NCBI RefSeq assembly: GCF_006345805.1 | Contig: NC_043004.1 | Coordinates: 65,286,001 to 65,350,000, forward strand | Origin: Octopus sinensis | Taxonomy: Eukaryota | Direction: 5' to 3' | DNA length: 64,000 nt | Part shown: in pieces, positions 25,822 to 38,598 of the stretch | How the letters are laid out: each line of letters opens with the position of its first letter | Position numbering within the stretch: the stretch's first letter is position 1 | The notes under the pieces: model-generated | The model's input: the letters and a program-made list of their open reading frames with translations, nothing else | Databases searched by the model: none | What the model was told of the DNA's origin: nothing | Translations under genes and position numbers: made by a program

Positions 25822-26052
25822 AAGGCGGCGAGCTGGTAGAAACGTTGGCATGCCGGGCGAAATTCTTAGCCGTATTTCGTCTGTCGTTACGTTCCGAGTT
25901 CAAATTCCGCCGAGGTCGACTTTGCCTTTCATCCTTTCGGGGTCGATAAATTAAGTACCAGTTACGCACTGGGGTCGATGTAGTCGACTTAATCCCTCTG
26001 TCTGTCCTTGTTTGTCCCCTCTGTGTTTAGCCCCTTGTGGGTAGTAAAGAAT
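25822..26052 (+). mobile_element. SINE family B, tail T2
   Basis: AAGGCGGCGAGCTGG head through GGGTAGTAAAGAAT tail. Confidence 0.9.
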
Positions 26053-26174
26053 ATATATATATTTTAAGGCGTCGCGCTGGCAGAATCTTTAGCACACCGG
26101 ACAGAAGGCTGAGCGGTATTTATACAGATATACATGCACACACATACACAGGCTCCCCCCACACATGCACACAC

Positions 26175-26228
<54 letters not shown>

Positions 26229-26351
26229 TGTGTGTGTGTGCGTGTGTGTATGTGTGTGTGCGTGTGTGTGTATGTATATATTTATAGATGTATACACACA
26301 CACGCACACACAAACTCACACACACACACACACACCACACACACACACACA

Positions 26352-26388
<37 letters not shown>

Positions 26389-26401
26389 GTATATATATTT
26401 T

Positions 26402-26615
26402 AAGGTGGTGAGCTGGCAGAACCATTAGCAGACCGGACGGAAGGCTGAGCGGTATTTTGTCCGTCATTACATTCTGACATCAAGTTCCGCCATAGTCGAT
26501 TTTGGCTTTCATCCTTTAGTGGTCGATAAATCAAGTACCAATCAAGCATTGGGGTCAATGTTATCAGCTGACCACCTACTCCAAATTTTCAGGGGTTTTG
26601 CCTTCAGTAGAGTTT
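26402..26615 (+). mobile_element. SINE family B, tail T1, degenerate
   Basis: Head, core and CAAATTTTCAGG..TTTTGCC tail. Confidence 0.7.
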
Positions 26616-26672
26616 CGTGCATTGGCACTTATGAAACAGATTTCAAATAATGAGTATTACATTTGTGTAGGT

Positions 26673-26943
26673 GGAGGTATTTGGTCTAGTGGTTAGAGCA
26701 GTGGTCCCGTGGTTGATGGATCGCGGGTTCGAATCTCAGACCGGATGATATGTGTGTTTATGAGCGAAACACCTAAGCTCCACGCGGCTCCGGCAGAAGG
26801 GAATGGCGAACTTCTGCTGACTCTTTTGCTACAACTTTCTCTCCTTCCTCTTGCATCTTGCAGCTCACCTGCGACGGACCGGCGTCCAGGCCAAGGAAAC
26901 CGGCCCTTATTAGTCAGGCGTGGCTCGAGAAGGAACAAACAAC
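26673..26943 (+). mobile_element. tRNA-derived SINE family G
   Basis: A box TGGTCTAGTGG, B box GGGTTCGAATC; the tail ..GGCTCGAGAAGGAAC is shared with the C copy at 46686. Confidence 0.75.
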
Positions 26944-27282
26944 ATCAACATTTGAGTAGATCGGTTAAAATGATAATTATTAGATACAAATATTAAATGT
27001 TATTCATTTATCGTTTTAACCGGCCTATATTAATGCAATCAATAATTTGAAAGCAGTTTGATAAGTACAAAGTGACGAAACTCCTGACCCTCGAATCACT
27101 CAGTAACTTTTACCAATCAATAATGATTTCAAATTTTGACACAAGGTCAATAAGTTCGGTGTGGGGTTGAGTCGATTAGATCGACACCGAAAGGATGAAA
27201 GGAAATGTCGATCTCAGCGGAATTTGGGGCTTTGGGGAATTTGCCGATTGGTAATAAATATATAAATATATTACTCCTAACC

Positions 27283-27501
27283 CTCTTTTACTTGTTTCTG
27301 TCATTTGACTGTGGCCATGCTGGAGCACCACCTTTAGTCGAGCAAATCGATCCCAGGTCTTATTCTTTGTAAGCCTAGTAATTATTCTATCTGTCTCTTT
27401 TGCCGAACCGCTAAGTTACGGGGACGTAAACACACACGCATCGGTTGTCAAGCGATGTTGGGGGTAGGGACAAACACAGACACACAAACATATACACACC
27501 T

Positions 27502-27537
<36 letters not shown>

Positions 27538-27714
27538 GTATACATACATATATACGACGGGCTTCTTTCAGTTTCCGTCTACCAAACACACTCACAAGAC
27601 TTTGGTCAGCTCAAGGCTATAGTAGAAGACACTTGTACAAGTTTCCACGCAGTGGGACTGAACCTGGAACCTTGAAGTTCGTAAGCAAGCTACTTATCAC
27701 ACAGCTACTCCTAC
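27283..27714 (-). mobile_element. SINE family A
   Basis: Full-length homology to the other A copies. Confidence 0.85.
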
Positions 27715-28654
27715 TTACATTCATGTGTCTGTATTTTTCTGTTTGTGTGTGTGTTTGTATATGTGTGTGTTCACTCTACTTACAAATAACCACCGTTTAT
27801 CCTCACCGTCTGTCGCTTTCTCTATCATTCATAGAATTTTTCTTTCGCTTGTTTCAATTTGTTATTCACACTGATTTCTCTTTCTTTTACCCAATCTATC
27901 TTTTGTCTCTCGCAACCTACTTTTTCGTAACCCTTTCCCTCACGTTCACAGATACTTCTGTGTCTGCTGCTCCTTTCAGTAAAAATATTGTTTACCGAAC
28001 TCCCGCGGAAACAGACGCAACGAACCGGCCTCTGCACATTACTATCTCTACCTTGTCACTCAAGATCTATGCTAATAAACTTTACCTTCTCCCCTCCTTT
28101 ATGATAATTCCAACCTTCCGCAATTCCCACTCGGACTATATTTTCTCCTGAGAAATAAGAATAAAAAAAAATTCATGCCATACATCAACCACATTGTCCT
28201 ATCTAGGGAGGACCGAAAATCCCAACAGTACTGGCCTACTTCCTCAGACAAACTAATAAAAATAATTCTAACACCCAACCCTGCTTTGTTTTATCACTAA
28301 AAATAAAAATCTTAATCACAATTTTTCTTCAGCTGAATGTTATTTTCTTTCATCTCATTCGCTTTTCATCAACTGATGACCTTCTTTCTTATTCTTTCAC
28401 TCTCTGTTTGCAATTTATTTTCCTTGTTATACATTTTCATATCATCGTTCTTCTTTTACTGTTCTATCCATATTTCTACACTCTCTACCATTGTAATATT
28501 GATGTCCTTTCTCTTTTCATTTACAATCTACTCTTATCTCTCTTAATACTTTTTGTCTCTCAGTTCCTTTTATAGCAATACATATAATTATCAGTCTTAC
28601 GTATCATCGAGCAAACACAGACAGGCCCGCTGACATATACATATATTTTGGCCC

Positions 28655-28980
28655 GGCTCTCCGTCGTCGGCGGCGACGACGTTGATGGTTCCAGTTAATC
28701 AGATCAACGGAACAGCCTGCTCGTGAAATTAGCAGGCAAGTAGCTGAGTGTAATCCTCCCGTAGTTCTCAGGGAGATCAGTGTGACATAGAGTGTGATAA
28801 CGCTGGCCCTTTGAAATACAGGTACAAGAGAAACAGGCACAATCCCTTTTTGCCAGCTGAATGGAATGGAGTAACGAGAAATAAAGCGTCTTGTTCAAGG
28901 ACAGAACGCGATGTCGGGAATCAGACTTCCCGCCTTATGAACGTGAACCAAAGATTCTCGCTAATAAGCCACGCACCTTC
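28655..28980 (-). mobile_element. SINE family C, tail 1
   Basis: Head GGTGCGTGGCTTATTAG, core CTTGAACAAGACGCTTTATTTC, tail TACCTGTATTTCAAAGGGCCAGC as at 34178. Confidence 0.75.
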
Positions 28981-29309
28981 TCACATATCATTTAGCTGTA
29001 AATTAATGGGAAACAACTGGTTTAGTGATACACACGAATCTCTCGCGCTTTTGGTTACTTATATAGCTCTACAGTTAAATAACTGTTTCAAATTTTGGCA
29101 CAAGTCCATCAAATTTGCTGAAAGCGAGTAAGACTATTACATCGATCCAAGTACTTGAGAGGTACTATATTTTACAGGTCCTGAAAGGATTAAATGCAAA
29201 GATGACTACGGAAGGATTTGAACTCAGAACTTCAAGAGCAGAAAGAAATTCCACCACTTTGTTTTTGACAGCACGCTATCGATTGTGCCAGCTTCTTGCT
29301 TTAATAACA

Positions 29310-29460
29310 GTGATTTCAAATTTTTGGCGCAAGGCCAGCAATTTTGCTGGGATGGACTAAGTCAATTACATCGACCACAGTGTTCAAATGTTTTATCAAC
29401 CCCGGAAGGATGAATGGCGACATTTGAACTCAGAACGTGCGGACGAACTAAATGGTGCTA
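29310..29460 (-). mobile_element. SINE family B fragment
   Basis: Core and T1 tail motifs. Confidence 0.6.
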
Positions 29461-29488
29461 GAAGTTCAGTTTTGTTTTCATACGCAAG

Positions 29489-29549
<61 letters not shown>

Positions 29550-29615
29550 GTACGTACGTACATGTGCATGTATGTATGTATGTATGTATGTATGTATGTA
29601 TGTATGTATGTATGT

Positions 29616-30166
29616 CAGGTCACTTTCGAGTGCTACTGGTAATATGTAACCCAGCACAACCTGTTGCATGGTCGGGTCATCGGCGACTAAACCGGCAACC
29701 CCACCAAGCTTGCTTGGTGAGGAGCGTGTTTATTGGACACCCTGTGGGATGAAAAACAAACCCGTCAAAGGACGGAGGAACTCCTGAGAGTCAACGGCCA
29801 TCCAATAAATGTCTTAAGGCTGTATCATGCACGGGGACATAGAAATAATCGCACTGAGCACTCGATCGCGCGGTTAAACCATTGGGAGTAAAGGACTCCT
29901 AGGCTTTGTTAGGGCATCCTTCTAGGAGAAGGTAACTCAGGTAACTGGGATAACTCCGACATAAAACCTGCGGCTCGGTGGTTACCGATGATGTTGACTT
30001 GTTCTTCTTTTCGGATTAAGGCTGCTGTTGCATAGTGAGTGGGATTGACTCAGTGCACAGCCTTTCCTCACTTTAAAATAAAATCTTCTTGCACAGGTTT
30101 TGCACGATAACAACATTGATTAAGCTTCGTGCAATGGCTATACTCGATAACGAGGGGGCAGCCCCC
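29616..30166 (+). mobile_element. 551-bp non-coding LINE-like element embedded in (ATGT)n
   Basis: (ATGT)n on both sides; terminal GGGGGCAGCCCCC hairpin; 30024-30063 recurs at 63961-64000. Confidence 0.6.
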
Positions 30167-30520
30167 ATGTATGTATGTATGTATGTATGTATGTATGTAT
30201 GTATGTATGTATGTATGTATGTATGTATGTATGTATGTACGTACGTATGTACGTATGTATGTATGTATGTATGTATGTATGTATGTATGTATGTATGTAT
30301 GTATGTACGTACGTATGTATGTGTGTATGTATGTATGTATGTATGGATGGATGGATGGATGGATGGATGGATGGATGTATGTACGTATGTATGTATGTAT
30401 GCATGCATACATGTATGTATGTATGTTTGTATGTATGTATGTATGTATGTATGTATGTGTGTGTGTATGTATGTATGGATGGATGGATGATGGATGGATG
30501 GATGGATGGATGGATGGGTG
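30167..30520. repeat. (ATGT)n/(ATGG)n microsatellite
   Basis: Direct reading. Confidence 0.95.
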
Positions 30521-31277
30521 TAGGTAAGTACGTATATTTATATATATTACGGTGCAACATTTTCAGTCGCGATTGCGCAACAGTTTCAATAGCGCATACT
30601 TATATAATTTTCAATCTGTACATTCATACATTAATTTCATAACATTTTGGTATTGTCAAGCAAGTGGCTGAGCAGCACTATAAAGACAACACACTTAAAA
30701 ATGTAAAGTAACAAGAAACATAATATTTGTCAAAAAAAAGCATATTTACATATATAATTTTTTTACTTAAACGTAGCATAACAAATGCAGATATGTAGAA
30801 TAACAATAAAAAATATACACATGAGGCACACACAGAGTTATACTTGGAATCACAAAATTATACATGTTTATGATTAAGTTCTTGTCGCGGTTTGCTTTTA
30901 GCGAGATTTCCCAAGATTCGCATTCAGCCATACTGAGATTTAAACAATCGGCATCTCGAAATATTTCTACAAATATTTTGTAGCCTCGAGTTTAAAGTTT
31001 AAATAGTTATGCCAACTACTTCAGTGTCTTAACTGTCCAACTTAAATATGTCATACACACTGCTTGGAAGAATATTTGTATCCCTGTCATAGTGCTTTAC
31101 TATAATATAATACAGATTAATCATTAGAAGTGGAAATTTGCATGTATTTTACCGCCTAACTATCGGTTAGAACAATGGTTCTCAAGTGGGGTCCGTATAA
31201 GATTTTATTGTAAAATTTATCTACAATTAATTAGTTATACTTCTAAAATACGCGAAATATTTCAACAATTTTTTTTA

Positions 31278-31526
31278 TGTGGTAAGGAGCTTGCTTACGA
31301 ACCACATGGTTCCGGGTTCAGTCCCACTGCGTGGCAACTTGGGCAAGTGTCTTTTACTATAGCCTCGGGCCGACCAAAGCCTTGTGAGTGAATTTGGTAG
31401 ACGGAAACTGAAAGAAGCCCGTCGTATATATGTATACATATATGTATGTGTGTATATGTTTATGTGTCGGTGTTTGTCCCCCAACATCGCTTGACAACCG
31501 ATGCTGGTGTGTTTACGTCCTCGTGA
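31278..31526 (+). mobile_element. SINE family A, truncated
   Basis: Head from TGTGGTAAG through GTGTTTACGTCC. Confidence 0.8.
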
Positions 31527-32625
31527 CCCACCCCACCCCTTTCCTATTGCACACTCCGTTCATCTTCATAAATCATATGAGAATATGGAACTTTTATTTC
31601 ATGCCACTACCTACGCAAGATACTCATGGAAAATATATGGAGATTTAAAAGTCATTGGAATGTTAATGGGAATGCAGTCAGCTTTCACAAAATACTGTTG
31701 TTTCTTGTGTCTATGGGATAGTGGGGCAACTGACAGACATTATTCGGAATTAAACTGGCAGACAAGAACATCATACCAGCCAGGACTGTCTAGCGTCAAG
31801 AATAAATCTCTTGTAGATCCATGTAATCTTCTATTGCCTCATTTGCACATAAAGCTTTGATTGATGGTTTCATCAGTTTGCAAAGACACTAGGGAAGAGA
31901 AATGCCGGAGGGTTTGAGTATATTGTAGAAAAGTTTCCCAAAATCACACTGTTGAAAGAAGGTATCTTTGTCGGACCCCAAATTAGAGAAGTACTCAAAG
32001 ATGTCAACTTCAGGACAACACTGGATGAATTGGAACTGCCTGCCTGGAATGCTTTCAATTGGATCTGTGAGAATTTCTTGGGCAACAAGAAGGCAATGGA
32101 CTACAAGGATGACATGGGTTGTCGCATGTCATTGAAAGTTCACTTCTTGGACGCCCATCTGGATTTCTTCGCAGATAACCTTGGAGCAGTGTCTGATGAA
32201 CATGGTGAAAGATTTCACCAGGACATTAGAGCTATGGAGAAACTATACCAAGGCTTCGAGAATGACAGTATGCTGGCTGACTACTGCTGGACACTTTACC
32301 GTGATCAACTAGATTAGGAACACGGCAGGAAATCCAAATCACAATGTTTCTAACTCTGCTATACAAACTTTGCTTTGTCGCACAACTATTTCTGTGTATT
32401 CACTTTTTGTAGAATGATAGTGATGATTTTTAAGTCAATAAACTCATTTACTCTATAAATGCTTTCATATATATAAATATTTAAATATTTGCTTGTATCT
32501 ACTGAAAAACTAAGACGAGCTGCATACAAATGGAGTAAAATTTTGAAATCAGCATGAGAAATTAGTCTAAAAAAGTTGGTTTGCATTCATAATGAGTATA
32601 ATACATTTAATTTCGTTGACCAGTG
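31527..32625 (+). mobile_element. Chapaev3-type (CMC superfamily) DNA transposon, 3' half
   Basis: Peptides GDLKVIGMLMG, KYCCFLCLWDS, LHIKL, KEGIFVGPQIR, MSLKVHFLDAHLDFF, GAVSDEHGERFHQDI, MLADYCW; right end ..CGTTGACCAGTG (CAC-type TIR); family name recalled from motif knowledge. Confidence 0.8.
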
Positions 32626-32788
32626 CAATTTAATCTATGAAATTCCCTGCAGTACTTACTATCGAAATCTGGGACCTGTTCACTCGGTTTGCATTACGGA
32701 GACGAATAGAAACGTTTGTTTTGCAGGGAACTATACACACATGTGTGTGTGTTTGTTTATATATATATATATATATCTCATATATTCA

Positions 32789-32911
<123 letters not shown>

Positions 32912-32922
32912 TTATATATATT

Positions 32923-32964
<42 letters not shown>

Positions 32965-32998
32965 ATATATAATATATATATAATATATTCATATATAT

Positions 32999-33029
<31 letters not shown>

Positions 33030-33031
33030 GC

Positions 33032-33368
33032 AGAGACCCCCTTCGGTCATGACTGACCAGGGATTGCACCTACAATGTTACCCTCCCAGGCAGAAGTCCG
33101 GGCAAGGTTGTTTATGAAAGACCAGCAGTCGCCCATGCATACCAGCCTCCCCTCTCCACGCCACCAGTGTTATCCAAGGGAAAGGCAAAGGCCGATACAG
33201 CTTGGCACCAGAGATGTTGCAACTCATTTCTACAGCTGAGTTGACTGGAGCAACGTGAAATAAAGTGCCTTGCTCAAGAACACAACACCCAGCAGCCCAG
33301 TCCGGGATTCAAACTCACAACCTCACGATCGTAAGCTCGACGCTCTCACCACTGAACCATACGCCTTC
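33032..33368 (-). mobile_element. SINE family C, tail 2
   Basis: tRNA-like head with GAGTTTGAATCC, C core; tail homologous to 44323-44596. Confidence 0.8.
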
Positions 33369-33372
33369 ACAC

Positions 33373-33405
<33 letters not shown>

Positions 33406-33406
33406 A

Positions 33407-33440
<34 letters not shown>

Positions 33441-33461
33441 TGTGTGTGTGCGTGTGTGTGT

Positions 33462-33496
<35 letters not shown>

Positions 33497-33891
33497 ACTG
33501 GTTTCTAGACAATTTTCGTCTTCTAAGTTTGGTCACGTGCTATTGGTCAGCTCGGTGTTATAGTAGAATACAATCACCTACAAAGTGCCGCACGGTGAGA
33601 CGAAACCCGAAACCATATCATTGCGTTGTAAACCTCCCGTCCACACGTTCGAGCCTGCGTCTATAGCCTATTATGATATACCATGGAATATTCAATATAT
33701 ACTTGTATATTTTTGTAAAGTCACTGTGTAACTTGATACAAATGATTTAAATACATGTCCACAAGAGTGAGAGAGAACGAGTGGGAGAGAGAGAAAGAGA
33801 GAAAGAGAGAGGGGGAGAGAGAGAGGGTGGGTGGGATTAGATTAATTTCAATGTTCGTTAAAATTTAATCAGTAGCTAATTTCCCTCATTT

Positions 33892-34108
33892 TTAACCCTT
33901 CTGTTACCATATTTCTGTTGAAATACACTGTTTGCTTCAATCGAATTTTAAAATAATGAAACATTTAGCGAAATACCTTCGCCCTTACTAAGCTGATGTC
34001 TGCAAAATAAATTAACATGAAATTTTGCTGGAAGGTTTTAATTTCGGCCACTTTAAAACCGGAAGCTTGTATAATAGAAGCAATGGCGGTCTTAAGCAGG
34101 CTGGTATC
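33892..34108 (+). mobile_element. Possible piggyBac-like MITE, left part
   Basis: TTAA followed by CCCTTCTGTTACC; no clear right TIR. Confidence 0.3.
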
Positions 34109-34177
34109 CTAAATTGTATCTGTCCACCATACTAATGTATTCTGTATTTTATCGGCTGCGTAGATGTACATTAGAGA

Positions 34178-34352
34178 AGGCGCGTGGCTTAGTGGTTAGG
34201 GTATTCGGCTCAGTATCATAAGGTCGTGAGTTCAATTTCCACCGGCTGTGTTGTGACCTTGAGCAAGTCATTTTATTTCACGTTGCTTCTCCAGTCCATT
34301 CAGCAGGCAAAGATGAGTAGTACATGTATTTCAAAGGGTCAGCCTTGCTACA
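34178..34352 (+). mobile_element. SINE family C, tail 1 (partial)
   Basis: GGCGCGTGGCTTAGTGGTTAGG head, GAGTTCAATT B box, core. Confidence 0.8.
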
Positions 34353-34363
34353 TTCAATGTAGC

Positions 34364-34484
34364 CCCCGAAAGGATGAAAGGCAAAGTCGACCTCGGCGGA
34401 ATTTGAACTCAGAACATAACGGCAGATGAAATACGGCTACACATTTCGCCCGGCGTACTAACGTTTCTGCCAGCTCGCCGCCTT
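34364..34484 (-). mobile_element. SINE family B, 5' half
   Basis: Near-consensus head and core start. Confidence 0.85.
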
Positions 34485-34764
34485 AATCGTCGAATGATTA
34501 CCTTACTAACCAGTCAATCGGTTTTTGTCGCAGATGATGGGGTGGGGAGAGAGGGGGAGCAGAGCACATGGGATTCGAGAGAGAGGGGATAGGAAGGGGA
34601 GGCGGATAAAGTTTTCATAAATAACCCAATAAATCTACCATTAATTCTATGAAATATTCACGGGTCCTGCTAGTAAATAAAATATTGTGCGTAACGCAAA
34701 CATTATCGGGTATAGAAGTCAATACCCTTGGTAGAGTGGACAGACTATCTAAGGGTGAACTGCG

Positions 34765-34985
34765 TTTCAAATTTTGGCCCAAGGCCAGCAGTTTTAGAGA
34801 TGGGGAAAATCGAATAGATCAACCATTATGCTAAACCGGTACTTATTTTATCGATTCCGAAAGGATGAATGGGAAAATCGAACCCGATGGGAATTGAACT
34901 CGTAACGTAAAGTAAAGCCTGAAAAAATGGCGCTAATCGTATTATCCGGCCGGGCAACAGTTCTGCCGGGTTTCGTCCCTCATGA
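34765..34985 (-). mobile_element. SINE family B, degenerate
   Basis: Core and T1 tail motifs. Confidence 0.6.
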
Positions 34986-35034
34986 GGGAACCCATATTAA
35001 AATGTCAACTTTGATATAATGAACATACATGCGA

Positions 35035-35835
35035 GCAGGAGTGGCTCTGTGGTTATTGACAGACCAAAGTGGTCTCCGCAGGTGGCTGCTCTGCTACTGG
35101 AAAGAAATGAGTTATTTCATACATCAGGCTCCTCCTCAAGGGAGGATTATAGATTACTTTCTTGGTACCCCGACTTGCGGATGCAGGGGTGCCTGCAGGT
35201 CGCAAGAGAATTAATCGGGGACTTGAGGTATGGGGTTCATCGCCTCAATATGTGTCGCATGTTTTAAATTGTAATGGACTTCTTAGTCCAAATAATTGCA
35301 AAATAATGTAAATTATAAGAGGGTTATTACTTCAAGATGTGTCTTTTCAAAAGAATAATGTTATAGAGAAGCAGAGAGTCGGCGGACGCTTTCTGTCTTC
35401 TCTCATCCTTATCATCTTGTATTATTATCATTTGCCTCATCAATGTCTTGTCCAGCCCACAAAGCTACCAATCTTTGTACTGCCTCCATGGCAAATGAAA
35501 TGAAATAAAGTAGCTTGCTTACCAACCACGTGGTTCCGGGTTCAGTCCCACTACGTGGCGCCTTGGGCAAGTGTCTTCTACTATAGCCCCGGGCCGATCA
35601 AAACCTTGTGAGTGGATTTGGTAGACGGAAACTGAAAGAAGACCGTCATATATATATATGTGTGTGTGTACATGTTTGTATGTCTGTGTTTATCCACACT
35701 CCATCGCTAGACAACCGATAATAGTTACGTCCCCGTATCTTAGTGGTTCGACAAAAGAAAACGATAGAAGTACTAGGCTTACAAATAATAAGTTCTTCAT
35801 GGCCGCAGTCAAATGACTGAAACAAGTAAAAGAAT
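35035..35835 (+). mobile_element. SINE family A split by a 454-bp insertion (35054-35507)
   Basis: Head GCAGGAGTGGCTCTGTGGT ends at 35053 and resumes AAGTAGCTTGCTTACC at 35508. Confidence 0.7.
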
Positions 35836-36909
35836 AATAGAATCAAAGAATACAGGCAGACCCCCCCCCACACACACACACACGCGCGCACGCATGCACA
35901 TAAACATACGCACGCACACACACACACACACACACGCACACACACACACACTGAGTTTTATTCAAATGTATATAATCTTTTTGTCAACAACAGGCCAATA
36001 TTTACAGGCACATATAAATAAAATGTGGCGGCAAAAAATGTAAACAAAAACACAGAGACATGTGAACATACACGTACTCACATACACTTTCTTTCACTCT
36101 TTCTCCCCCTAACGGACGATCACACACACACACAAGCACACGCACACGCTCGCAGGCACAGACACGCACGCACGCACGCACGCACAGGGGGCCCAAACGT
36201 ATGTACAAACAATGTGCACATATACAACTACACAGAAATACAAGCACAAACAGTCAAATAGACTCACTATCCAGAGCGGATCTTGAAATTATGTGAAATG
36301 TTTTATGTGTCCAATGAATTTAAACAGAGCTAATCGAATTAATCCGACAAATATCGGTAGAATAATTAAAAGACAGCAAAAGCAAAGAAAAAGAGATTAT
36401 TATTCCAAAGCAATCTAAAAATATGTCTAATTCGGAGGCATTGGCAAAATAAATAGATAACAAAGAATTGTAAAACGTCGTAACGGAACGGAAATTGCAG
36501 TCTTCGAAAACATAGTCAAAACTAAGCTAGGTTAGGACTTCTTCTTCCTAAAGTGGTTCTATTGAAGTCTTGTATAAATACGAAGACAATAAAGAATTCT
36601 AACCGCGACTAATATGAATATTAACTGAATTCAATGTGATGGTATGCTGTTTATTATGTTTAAAGAACTGAAAATGAAGCCGGCGTGGATAGCTATAGAA
36701 TTCAACTTAAAATGAGGCCAAGCGGAATCGAATTACAGTTTGAGAAAAAAATGTATTAAAATTTAGTGTTATTGCAAATCATTATAGAGGAGGTATGTGT
36801 TTAAGACGTTTGCTATGATAGACCGTGCTATTGCGTTCGATTCCACTGTATGGCATATATCCGGTCACTGCTTTCTGCCATAGCCTCGAGTCTAGCGGGG
36901 TCTTGTGAA

Positions 36910-37132
36910 TACGAGGTGGGGTGCTGACATGCTCCTGGCTTTAAGGGTATCGCGAAAATCTATGTTGAAGGCTCAACCTTCCAAATTCTTTTACAGGACT
37001 TCGAAAAACTGAAGAACCGCTGCAATAAGTGTGTGAATCTGAAAGAGGAATATGTTGAATAAAATCATAATTGACTGATCCTCCTGTATTTTCTTTTACC
37101 CAAAGCCAGAAGCTTTTCAGCACACCCTTGTA
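36910..37132 (+). mobile_element. Internally deleted mariner (MITE)
   Basis: TIRs TACGAGG..GTGCTGA..CTGGCTTT and AAAGCCAG..TCAGCAC..CTTGTA with TA ends; encodes LRKLKNRCNKCVNLKEEYVE*, a mariner C-terminus. Confidence 0.85.
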
Positions 37133-37697
37133 TATTATATTCTCCTCATCATCATGAGTTTTATGTATCGTATGGCTGGTTACCCGTTGATATGGCGTAT
37201 AACTGACCAGCAGTGCAATACTCATCCTGAAACGAATGCCAGTCTCATGCAATGTTACTCTCCTCCTCCCCCTCTCTCACTATTCAATGACATCTGTATG
37301 TATAAAAGCCAGGATGCGTGTGTGTGTATGTGTGTGTACGTCAATGTAACTTATCCACGTCCACAAATTAGCACGCATGCCGCTCCAATTTTAGGAGGAC
37401 ATTCGTCATCATCCTCGCTGTATTTTCGTCAACTTATTTTTCCCAGAGGCACCAGCGAATAGCAGTAAAATTAAATTTTCAACCAAAACTTTTAGCAATT
37501 TTCAAGTCGGAGAAATCACCATTGTTTGCAAACAGGAGTAAATTTTTGTTAAGATTTTTGTTGCTTTTTTTCCATCGAGGTAAAAAGTGTTTTGTTGATA
37601 TACGGGCAACACACACACACACGAACATGTTTGCGTACAAAAAACATGTATGGAATAGGTGTATGTATGTACGTGTGTGTATGTGTGTGTGTACTGC

Positions 37698-37730
<33 letters not shown>

Positions 37731-37731
<1 letters not shown>

Positions 37732-38444
37732 CAATTAGGACAACTACTTAATAAGGAAAACTTAAAAAGAAATTGTCAGGTAGATAGCGTAAAAACCTCA
37801 TAAGAGAAAAAATTTCGAAAATAATTATTCTTATTGAACATTATAATTATATATATAGGGCATTATACATACATGCCAGAAGGCATATACATACATGCCA
37901 AACGCGTTTGGCATGTATGTATAATGCCTTCTGCATGTATGTATAATGCCCTATATATATAAATTAATATGTTCATAAGAAATAATTATTTTCGAAATTT
38001 TTTCTCTATGAGGTTTTTACGCTATCTACCTGACAATTTCTTGTTAAGTTTTCCTTATAAGTAGTTGTCCTTAATTGCTAAATTTTATTCCGAAAAAACT
38101 TTTCCTCTCCCGAATGCAATTCGTAAAAGTTTGCCATTTATCCGGATGTAATATATGTAAACTCACCCATGTGCTTCGTTGATGTTGATCAGTTAGCTGA
38201 TCGGCTTAAGCGGGGCAGGGTCGTTGTTTATTTATAATACATTCAGGCCTGCTGATGAGTACGAAGTATGAAATCACTGTGATACAGGTCTATATTTTTT
38301 TAAATGTCTTACTTTGAAAATTGCATTCGGTGGGATTAGTATATTTTTTGGTAGAAATGACTAATTGTCCCTCTTAGCGTTTGCATGTATGTATAATGCC
38401 TTCTGGCATGTATGTATAATGCCCTCTATATAAATCATTATATA

Positions 38445-38450
<6 letters not shown>
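37731..38450 (+). mobile_element. Hammerhead-bearing PLE/retrozyme-like element: 348-bp palindrome plus 473-bp partial tandem
   Basis: Arms 37731-37904 and 37905-38078; GCGTTT(G)GCATGTATG at 37904 and 38377; hammerhead in between; (TA)n flanks. Confidence 0.8.
38245..38291 (+). ncRNA. Type I hammerhead ribozyme, intact core
   Basis: AGGCCTG-CTGATGA-GTAC GAA GTAT-GAAA-TCAC T GTGA-T-A-CAGGTCT. Confidence 0.85.
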
Positions 38451-38474
<24 letters not shown>

Positions 38475-38475
<1 letters not shown>

Positions 38476-38598
38476 AACAATTTCAACGGATTTCGCCCAA
38501 ATTTGACGTCGATGTTACTTTGTTTGGTTTGAAATAAAGAACTTGATTAGCTTAATAATCCTAACTGAATCCTAGGCAAAGCCGAGTTATACTGCTAG
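38475..38598 (+). mobile_element. Probable Helitron 3' end, second family
   Basis: CCTAGGCAAAGCCGAGTTATACTGCTAG|T resembles the 69-96 terminus, with a decayed hairpin. Confidence 0.5.

Noticed and set aside
29625-29730. HDV-like ribozyme in the 5' part of the (ATGT)n-embedded element
   Set aside because: P1, P2 and P4-like pairings can be drawn but no P3/L3 or P1.1 was found
34640-34675. CACGGGTCCTGCTAGT as a Helitron 3' end
   Set aside because: Only half of the hairpin is present and there is no supporting body
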